From an uncultured Candidatus Peribacteria bacterium (GTDB taxonomy: Bacteria > Patescibacteriota > Gracilibacteria > UBA4473): a DNA stretch of 47,642 nt. The notes beneath the pieces are model-generated. The model was not told the DNA's origin, did no database searches, and saw nothing but the letters and a program-made list of their open reading frames with translations. The stretch is taken from positions 1 through 47,642 of the forward strand of contig CAYVJW010000001.1 in assembly GCA_964451885.1 (NCBI GenBank), in the 5' to 3' direction. How positions within the stretch are numbered: position 1 is the first letter of the stretch; every line of letters starts with the position of its first letter. This document shows, piece after piece, positions 35,226 through 42,010 of the stretch. Made by a program: the position numbers and the translations under genes.

Positions 35226-36275
35226 ATGGAAAATAAGGATCAATCATCGCTTCCTAAACAACCGGGTGAAAAACCTGTGTCGGGGGAGGGGAAAACTCCT
35301 TCGGGAGAGGCTTTATTGCCGCCTAAACTGCCTCAAGTAGCCGTAGTAGAGGGGGAGGGGATAAAAGTGGGAAGTGAAGAAGAACAATTAAAAATTAAAA
35401 ATGAAAATAATGAAAGGAATGAAGAAAATGAGAAGAATGAAGAGGTAGAATCTGAAGATGAGTTGATTGTTGAAGAAGAGGAGGATTTTTTCTGGGTGGT
35501 TCAGCGTGTTGTGTGGGGGATTGTAAAAACAGTTTTTATATTGGGGCTTATCGGATTTTTTGTTTGGATCATATGGGGACCGGATAAAAAATCGTTTTCG
35601 GAACTCGAAAAAGCAAAATCGGTTGTTTTGGAGGTTTCTAAAGAAAAGGGGGTTTCGATTCAGAAGGAGAAATTGCTGCCAAGGAAATATATTTCACCTG
35701 CCGACCGCTTGATTGAGCTGGAAGAAATGTTTGATCCGGCAAATCAAAAAAGTTCGATTATCAGTTCTGTGCTGTGGTTGGAAAAAGCTGGCGCTTTTTT
35801 GAATAAATCTGCTTTTGAACTGATACCGAGTTCTGTTCCTCAAATTCGGAAGCAAAGAGTGGAATTTGTTCTCAAAGAAATTCGGCAGTTGATCGAGTAT
35901 TCAGAGGTTATTCAAGGGAGGGTAATGCAGGAAATTAACGCGTTTTCACAGCGATCTAAACAGGCCAATGAAGATTCTGTTTTAAATGAAACCGCTTTTT
36001 TTGAGGCACTTCGGCACTTTGAAGGAGTGGAGGCGGAAATTTTTCTTGCCCAGAAAGTCGATGCTGAAAAACTGGTGATGGCAAATTCGACTTTTGCCAG
36101 CGGGAGGAAAATTTTACTGCAGAATATTCAGCGTTATGATAAGCGGCTTCGTAGTTTATACGAAAATGTTGAGGCTAATAAAGAGGCGTTGATCCATGAT
36201 GTGCGTGTGGTTGATTTTCCGGAGAGTACGTTGGAGATTATTTTGAGCCCGAGGGAGTGGAGGGAGGGGCAGTGA
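35226..36275 (+). CDS. Hypothetical bitopic membrane protein with an acidic N-terminal region
   Basis: 349 aa. The low-complexity N-terminus is rich in E/N/K (EEQLKIKNENNERNEENEKNEEVESEDELIVEEEED). One TM segment is VVWGIVKTVFILGLIGFFVWIIWG. The C-terminal domain is helical. I recognise no family. Confidence 0.6.
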   Translation: MENKDQSSLPKQPGEKPVSGEGKTPSGEALLPPKLPQVAVVEGEGIKVGSEEEQLKIKNENNERNEENEKNEEVESEDELIVEEEEDFFWVVQRVVWGIVKTVFILGLIGFFVWIIWGPDKKSFSELEKAKSVVLEVSKEKGVSIQKEKLLPRKYISPADRLIELEEMFDPANQKSSIISSVLWLEKAGAFLNKSAFELIPSSVPQIRKQRVEFVLKEIRQLIEYSEVIQGRVMQEINAFSQRSKQANEDSVLNETAFFEALRHFEGVEAEIFLAQKVDAEKLVMANSTFASGRKILLQNIQRYDKRLRSLYENVEANKEALIHDVRVVDFPESTLEIILSPREWREGQ

Positions 36276-36285
36276 GTTATGAAAT

Positions 36286-38628
36286 TTACTCTTGAAAAAT
36301 AAAACTGATATTCTTCGCTACTTTCTTTCTCATTTTTGGAGATAATTGAATTTTTCGTTGTGAAACAATGATTTTTTGTTTTTTTTCAGGCGGGGAGGAC
36401 GGCTTTTCAACTGCTTCATATTGAGGATATGGAATAAAAGCCGCTTCTTTTCGCTTTTTTTCTTCTATTTTTTGTAAAAATTCAGGGTTAACTCGATCAA
36501 TAAAATGTTGAAAAAATTGAGGAGAGGTATTATTTTTTGTTTCGAGGGTAAGGTCAAGAGCTCTTGCTTTCGGCACTTTTTTTATCAGTATTTTTTCCAG
36601 CCAGGATTTTAGCGGGCGGTCAATGTGCGTGGAGGCTCCTCCGGAGGCGTAGGTTTCTATGGTTATTTCTTCTGAATCAGTTTGCCCTGAAAAATCAGTG
36701 ACGGTAAGGGTGAGGGTGTATCTGTCGGGATTGTTTAGTTTTTGATTCGGCGGGTTCATTACATTCGAAAAAACTTTGTTGTTAAGCTTCCATTCAAATA
36801 GTTGTAAGTCATAGTTTCCGTTGGGGTCGGTGGAACCTTCTCCCGTTACATTTAGTGAAAAGGGGATAGCGCCTGATATTTTTCCTGATCCTTGAATTTT
36901 GATTACGGCTGTGGGGGGGGAATTTACGGTTTCGTTTATTTTTCCTAGGGATCCGTTGAAGTGTCGAAAAAAATCGGAAGGCATATTGTGGTCTTCGTAA
37001 TTGACAAATCTGGCGATGGATTCGTTTTTGATGATGCCTTCGATATCAATACATGGCTCGGTCCAATTATCGGCTTCTCTGTTTTTTTCTACTCGCGAAG
37101 CTTCTGTGGCGCTGAGTTCTGTCTTTTTCCAACAAATAAAATCTTCTGTTGTTTCAAAGCTTGTTCCGGAAAATAAAATCACTTCCACGGTTCCCGATCC
37201 GCTGGAAATGCCTCCTTCTTTGAGGGAATGTATTTCATAAGGAGAAGCGCTGTTTATAATATCGGAAGTTTCCTGGTCAGGTTTGATAACCAAAAAATCT
37301 CCTTCACGTACTCGAAAATCATAATTTATGTTTATCAACGAAGTTCCGTTGTGTTTTATCTCCAGGTATTTTAGGTTTATGGGGTTAGTATTGGCGGATT
37401 TTATGTAAAGTTCGATGAAATCCGGTCCTGTTTCGCTGTCGCGGTTTGGGGAAATTTCGGAAATCAGTAGTTCTATGTCTTCCGGATAGGTAGGCGCATC
37501 AAAATTTTCTTCGCCCTGTGTGTGCCGAAAATTCGAATCTTTGTTGTTTTTGTAAATGAGAGGAAAGAGAGAGTTTTTTTCTTTATGTGCATTCCATATT
37601 TCCGACCACTCTACTGCCAAAGAAGTTCCTGATTTAGCTTTTTCATAATTTATTTCTGCCTTAGTTTCATTGTTTTCGTTCAAAATTTGTATTGTTCCGT
37701 TATCGTTTGGGAGAGAGATGGGGGATTTGGTCCAGAAAAATCGGGCTGTTTCTTGCGGCAAAAAAATTAACCGGTTTTCGTCCAGGATAACGGTTGTTCC
37801 CAATCCGGATATTTCTTCCGAAATCACAGTTCCTGATTCGGTCAGCTCTACTTCTCGCCCTGCCAAATTTACGGCTCCTGAAGCAAGAATTAGATCATTT
37901 TTTGAGTCAAGGAATTTTATTGTCGAACTTGTGCCGTTAGATATCTGCCAATCAGAAATGTCTATCGCTTCATTTCCTTCGATTTCAAATTCAAACCATT
38001 CCTCCATATTCTCAATTTTATGCGGCTGTATTTCCGTGATCCGAACCGTTGCATCTCCGGATTTGAATTGAATGTCTTCTTCTTTCTCTTCTTGCTCGCT
38101 TATCTCCTCGCCCGCTTGTCCGCTATTCTCCCCTGGTGTTCCATGTTCGGTTGATAATTGCCAACTTTCAAGAAGAGAGGGATCGGCTCTGGCAGAAATC
38201 CGTTCCAAGCTTTTCCCGCTTTCGCATGAGGGATATGTGAATTGCTCGCCGAGTTCTATATCATCGTTTTCATCTCTAAGGGCGATTTCTTCTCCGGAAT
38301 TTTTCAGGCTACTCCAAGATGAATCAAAAACCTGCCCGGAAAAGTTAGGAAAAATGGTTAAAAATTCTTCTTCTTTATCGACTATTATGGCTCTTACGTT
38401 TGGTAGCAGGGTATTTTCATCATCGGACTGATTAATTGAATGGTTTGTGCCTTGTTCAAGAAACTTCCATTTAGTCAGATCAACCGGTTCTTCCGAAACA
38501 TTCCACACTTCGATCCATTCGGCATTTCCGGGTTCGCAGGCGCCGATTTCTGTGATGATGATTTTTGGAGATGCGAAAATAAGTTGAGGATAAAGAAAAA
38601 GCCACAGGCTAAATATTGTCCGTTTCAT
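36286..38628 (-). CDS. Secreted lamin-tail-domain (LTD) repeat protein with a PKD-like domain
   Basis: Signal peptide MKRTIFSLWLFLYPQLIFA. At least three LTD-like modules are present: IIITEIGACEPGNAEWIEVWNVSEEPVDLTKWKF; VRITEIQPHKIENMEEWFEFEIEGNEAIDISDWQI; LLISEISPNRDSETGPDFIELYIK...INLKYLEI. The PKD-like segment is PFSLNVTGEGSTDPNGNYDLQLFEWKL...YTLTLTVTDFSGQTDSEEITIE. Alternative starts are at 38634 and 38649. Confidence 0.75.
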   Translation of the reverse strand: MKRTIFSLWLFLYPQLIFASPKIIITEIGACEPGNAEWIEVWNVSEEPVDLTKWKFLEQGTNHSINQSDDENTLLPNVRAIIVDKEEEFLTIFPNFSGQVFDSSWSSLKNSGEEIALRDENDDIELGEQFTYPSCESGKSLERISARADPSLLESWQLSTEHGTPGENSGQAGEEISEQEEKEEDIQFKSGDATVRITEIQPHKIENMEEWFEFEIEGNEAIDISDWQISNGTSSTIKFLDSKNDLILASGAVNLAGREVELTESGTVISEEISGLGTTVILDENRLIFLPQETARFFWTKSPISLPNDNGTIQILNENNETKAEINYEKAKSGTSLAVEWSEIWNAHKEKNSLFPLIYKNNKDSNFRHTQGEENFDAPTYPEDIELLISEISPNRDSETGPDFIELYIKSANTNPINLKYLEIKHNGTSLININYDFRVREGDFLVIKPDQETSDIINSASPYEIHSLKEGGISSGSGTVEVILFSGTSFETTEDFICWKKTELSATEASRVEKNREADNWTEPCIDIEGIIKNESIARFVNYEDHNMPSDFFRHFNGSLGKINETVNSPPTAVIKIQGSGKISGAIPFSLNVTGEGSTDPNGNYDLQLFEWKLNNKVFSNVMNPPNQKLNNPDRYTLTLTVTDFSGQTDSEEITIETYASGGASTHIDRPLKSWLEKILIKKVPKARALDLTLETKNNTSPQFFQHFIDRVNPEFLQKIEEKKRKEAAFIPYPQYEAVEKPSSPPEKKQKIIVSQRKIQLSPKMRKKVAKNISFIFQE

Positions 38629-38889
38629 ATTCATTTGTATTTTTACCAAAATTACTTATAAAATCTAGTAAATGCAAAATACGAAAAACTTTGGTTTTGA
38701 TTTCCAAAAAAACCAAAAAATAAGCCAAATCGACCATCAAAAATTGGATAAAGAACTGGAGCATTTTTTCGGCATGCAAAGTTTCAGAACTTCCAGTCGT
38801 TTTGCAATTACAATGGAGGAATGATGATTGGATATTGGTTCGCTGCGGTGAATGTACTTTGAACAATTAGCCATTTAACCATTTAATTT

Positions 38890-39525
38890 ATGCCTAACCC
38901 TCATCCTTCCATAAAAACAAAAACAGAAAGCTCGGAGTTTATAGACTTTCTGGGGGATAGAACAGTGGGTGCGTTCAAAAGCGCGTTTGATTTTTTATTT
39001 GAAAATATAGGGACAGTGTTGGGAGCTATTCTTACTTTCGGGGTATTGGGATTTATTTATTATAAACTGCATAAAAAACAGGCATACATACAAAAAATCT
39101 GGCTTTATACGCTTTTTTTCCTGACAAAACGCCAAATGACTATTCCGTTAGTCTATTCTTTGGCGAAGAAAGATAAAGTATTGGATGAAAATGAGCTTAA
39201 CGAGCTTCTGGAAATACGGGCAAAATGCCGCCATGTTTCCCTTCGTAAAAGCCCTGCACAGAGGCTGAAGCTGGAGAAAAAGGTGTCACTTTTTCTTTTT
39301 GATTATTTTTCAACGATTGAAAAAGAGGGAAAACTTCGGAAAGGGTCGAGATTTGAACGGGTTGTCCGGGATTTGGAGTTTATTGATAAAAAATTGGTGG
39401 ATTTACAGAAGTTTTATAATCTGGAGGTTGTAGGGTGGAATAAGATGGTAAATATTCCAATTTTGAAGTATGTTTTTCAGGTTTTTCGACTGCAGAGGTT
39501 TGAGAAATTTAAAGTATCAGAATGA
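38890..39525 (+). CDS. LemA-like membrane protein (tentative)
   Basis: TM segment VLGAILTFGVLGFIYY. The TKRQMTIPLVYSLAKK and FYNLEVVGWNKMVNIPILKYVF segments resemble LemA family motifs (rR.dLiPnLv ... YN..v..yN..i..FP). The assignment is tentative. Confidence 0.5.
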   Translation: MPNPHPSIKTKTESSEFIDFLGDRTVGAFKSAFDFLFENIGTVLGAILTFGVLGFIYYKLHKKQAYIQKIWLYTLFFLTKRQMTIPLVYSLAKKDKVLDENELNELLEIRAKCRHVSLRKSPAQRLKLEKKVSLFLFDYFSTIEKEGKLRKGSRFERVVRDLEFIDKKLVDLQKFYNLEVVGWNKMVNIPILKYVFQVFRLQRFEKFKVSE

Positions 39526-39534
39526 CCTGGAAAA

Positions 39535-39636
39535 TAGAACTTAGTTGGTAGATGGTAGAACTTAGAAGAATACAGATTTTTTTTCTAAGTTCTAAGCTCT
39601 AAGTTCTACCATCTTTTCCGTGTATCAGGTATGTTC
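39535..39636 (-). repeat. Intergenic hairpin repeat, copy 2 (longest copy)
   Basis: tagaacttagttggtagatggtagaacttagaagaatacagattttttttctaagttctaagctctaagttctaccatcttttccgtgtatcaggtatgttc. It carries a 16-17 bp inverted repeat, gatggtagaacttaga(39551-66)/tctaagttctaccatc(39597-612). It lies between the LemA-like gene and lgt paralogue 2. Confidence 0.85.
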
Positions 39637-39668
39637 AGAATTTATTAGACATTTTTAGTACTTCAAAC

Positions 39669-40424
39669 ATGACCTGGAACCTCGATCCCATCGCTTTCTC
39701 CCTCTTTGGTCTCGATGTTCGATGGTACGGTTTGTCGTATGTTCTTGGATTTTTTCTTGTTTTGATTATCGGGCATAAAATCATTTTGCGAACGGGATTG
39801 AAAGTGTCTAAATCAGATTTTGAGAATCTTGTTTTCGGTTTGTTTTTTATTGGAATTGTAGGGGGGAGGTTGGGAGAGTTTTTGTTTTATGCGCCGCAAA
39901 CTTTTTTGGAAGATCCTTTGGAGGTTTTCAAGATTTGGCACGGTGGGATGTCTATTCACGGGGGGATTTTGGCGGCCATTTTGTTTGGGGTTTGGTGGGC
40001 GAAAAAGCATAAGATTTCGTTTTATTGTCTGGCCGACAGTTTAGTTATTCCTCTGGCGATTGCTTTGGGGGTTGGCCGGATTGCGAATTTTATTAATGGA
40101 GAACTCGTTGGAATTCCGACAGATCAGAGCTGGGGGGTGATTTTTCCGCATGTGGACGATCTGTTTCGGCATCCGTCGCAGCTTTATGAAGCGGGGAAGA
40201 ATTTTATTTTGGCGGGGTTGTTAATGTGGCTGTTGATTAAAGATTTTTGGAAAAAGCCGGGATTTTTATTTTCGGTTTTTCTTATAGGGTACGGGGTTTT
40301 GAGATTTATTATTGAGTTTTGTCGGGAGCCGGACGGGATGATTTGGGTTTTGTCGACGGGACAGGTTTTGTGTTTGGGGATGGTTGTTTTCGGCTTGACA
40401 ATTCGAAAATTTTCATTTACATGA
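39669..40424 (+). CDS. lgt: Prolipoprotein diacylglyceryl transferase, canonical paralogue 2
   Basis: 251 aa. Motifs are DVRWYGLSYVLGF, IWHGGMSIHGGILAAILFG, GRIANFINGELVGIPTDQSWGVIFP, RHPSQLYEA. Confidence 0.92.
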   Translation: MTWNLDPIAFSLFGLDVRWYGLSYVLGFFLVLIIGHKIILRTGLKVSKSDFENLVFGLFFIGIVGGRLGEFLFYAPQTFLEDPLEVFKIWHGGMSIHGGILAAILFGVWWAKKHKISFYCLADSLVIPLAIALGVGRIANFINGELVGIPTDQSWGVIFPHVDDLFRHPSQLYEAGKNFILAGLLMWLLIKDFWKKPGFLFSVFLIGYGVLRFIIEFCREPDGMIWVLSTGQVLCLGMVVFGLTIRKFSFT

Positions 40425-40558
40425 ATCTAACTCAAAAGGTGCCGGATTCGATTCTCTTTAAATTTTGATTTGGAGAAGGATGAGATGAAAGCTCCGGAGA
40501 GGATTGTGTCTGGTTCTTTGGCAGTTCGTTAAAAACACATCAACTTTCAACAGAAAGG

Positions 40559-41200
40559 ATGTTTATCATGAACAAGAAACAGTCTGTTGGTGCAGTTGGG
40601 GTTGTGGTTGGCATAGTGGGATTGGTGACTGCCTATCTTGCTTATGCTTTTCCGGTGGAGAGTGGGCAGTCTCTTCCTTCTAAGGTTCTCTACACAATGG
40701 TGGTGATTCCGGGACTCTGTTTGTTCTATGGCCTCTTGCAGTTTCGGAGAAGCAAGGCGGTTCTCCTCTGGGGGCTTGCGTTGGCAATAATGTGTTTTTC
40801 GGGAGGGGCGTTTGTTTTGGGAGTTGATCCGTTGATTGTCTCGAAAACTTTTACCGAGTTCTGTGTGTTTATCATTTGGACCTGGGCTCTTTTTCCTCTG
40901 TGGAAAGGGGCGGAAGTTTGGCCATTCGCAAAGGATGAAAACCGGAAAGTTTTCATTTGGACAACGACTCCGGTTCTCCTGATCGTTGGGACAGTCCTGT
41001 TTTTCTTGGGGACGGAGGGAATTGATTCCGTGGTGGAGTATGTTTCTTCATCTTCCCACTGGGTACAGGAGGCGATATTGTGCGGCGTTGTGTTGCTGAT
41101 TTCCTTGTGGATGCTCATCACCAAGTCCATTCTGTTTCTTCGCGTATTGAAGAGCAAAAATGCCGGCTTGGATAAACCGGTTACGGATGAGGTCGAGTAG
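40559..41200 (+). CDS. Hypothetical polytopic membrane protein (about 6 TM), somewhat elevated GC
   Basis: 213 aa of successive hydrophobic segments (VGVVVGIVGLVTAYLAYAF, MVVIPGLCLFYGLL, LLWGLALAIMCFSGGAFVLGV, FCVFIIWTWALFPLW, VLLIVGTVLFFLG, AILCGVVLLISLWMLI). I recognise no family. Confidence 0.6.
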   Translation: MFIMNKKQSVGAVGVVVGIVGLVTAYLAYAFPVESGQSLPSKVLYTMVVIPGLCLFYGLLQFRRSKAVLLWGLALAIMCFSGGAFVLGVDPLIVSKTFTEFCVFIIWTWALFPLWKGAEVWPFAKDENRKVFIWTTTPVLLIVGTVLFFLGTEGIDSVVEYVSSSSHWVQEAILCGVVLLISLWMLITKSILFLRVLKSKNAGLDKPVTDEVE

Positions 41201-41280
41201 ATGATGAGGCTCCCCGAGGAGCTGGATGCTCCGGTTGGGTAGCTCAGAAGACAGTCAAATCAGGTGCAATTTTCAGATTT

Positions 41281-41319
41281 CCCCTTCCCGGCGCGGTTGT
41301 GCTGGGGGGGAGTTTTTTT
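41281..41319 (+). terminator. Putative intrinsic terminator
   Basis: ccccttccc...ggggggg forms a G/C-rich stem with G-U pairs. It is followed by agttttttt (41311-41319), about 80 nt after the stop of 40559-41200. Confidence 0.4.
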
Positions 41320-41493
41320 AATGTAGGGAGAGAATCTATGTGTTCGTCTTTTATGTAAATACATCCTCACAATAAATCACGCTTTAGTTCAACCTAAAAA
41401 ATTTGACACAAATGTATTGTGCGAATACAATACTTTGATAATTAAATTTAATTGATCTTTTACAGGCCGGAATAAGTGGAGAGGATAGAGTAA

Positions 41494-41586
41494 ATGAAAT
41501 TACTTCCGCTTGGAAAAATAATATATCATTTACTCTCATCTCTCTGCTTTGCGATGTCGCTTATGAAGCCTAAACCACTTAAATAA
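41494..41586 (+). CDS. Candidate 30-aa small hydrophobic/basic peptide ORF with a sequestered ribosome-binding site
   Basis: Below the ORF-track size cut-off. ATG 41494 is preceded by GGAGAGGA. Translation is MKLLPLGKIIYHLLSSLCFAMSLMKPKPLK, ending at TAA 41584-41586. The RBS and ATG (41479-41497) can pair with 41526-41544 inside the ORF (11 bp, 2 mismatches, then 6 bp). Confidence 0.3.
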   Translation: MKLLPLGKIIYHLLSSLCFAMSLMKPKPLK

Positions 41587-41907
41587 GCGCACCGTAAAAC
41601 ATTGAGAAAAACGGTTGATTTTGTAAAGACAATTCTTGAATTAACTTTTCCAAAAACTGCCTTTTCTCTACCAACCGTTTTACGGTCTTCCAAAAAATCT
41701 GTTCGTATCCTACATCAAATTAGCAAGTAAGTCAAATTACTTCTAAATCCACAGTAAGATACATCAAGAACACCGTAGGTAATACGGATTATTACCAAAG
41801 CAAGGCGAGAGTACTTATCGAGGTGGGTTTGCCTCAGAAACCGGTTCAGGATTGTTCTACTTCATAAATGAAGTTCTCGAATAACTCCGGCCGGTTTCGC
41901 TATGGGG

Positions 41908-41989
41908 ATAGAACTTAGAAGAATACAGATTCTTTTTCTATGCTCTAAGCTCTAAGTTCTACCATCTTTTCCGCGTAGCGGATATGTTC
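41908..41989 (-). repeat. Intergenic hairpin repeat, copy 3
   Basis: atagaacttagaagaatacagattctttttctatgctctaagctctaagttctaccatcttttccgcgtagcggatatgttc lies about 20 nt downstream of the stop of the minus-strand PBP gene. Relative to its upstream gene it has the same orientation as copy 1. Confidence 0.85.
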
Positions 41990-42010
41990 TTGTTGAAATT
42001 CCTATAGATA

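Noticed and set aside
41237-41247. tRNA-like D-arm string gggtagctcag
   Set aside because: There is no complementary gagc D-stem closure, no anticodon arm, no GTTCRANNC T-loop and no acceptor pairing around it. No cloverleaf can be drawn.
41201-42010. tmRNA, RNase P RNA or SRP RNA hidden in the long non-coding region
   Set aside because: I could not find the diagnostic strings: GAGGAAAGTCC for RNase P, a GGTTCGA..CCACCA tmRNA 3' end, or a tag ORF ending in ..LAA. The strings ataagcgcaccg and acgctttag are only superficially similar. This still deserves an Infernal scan.
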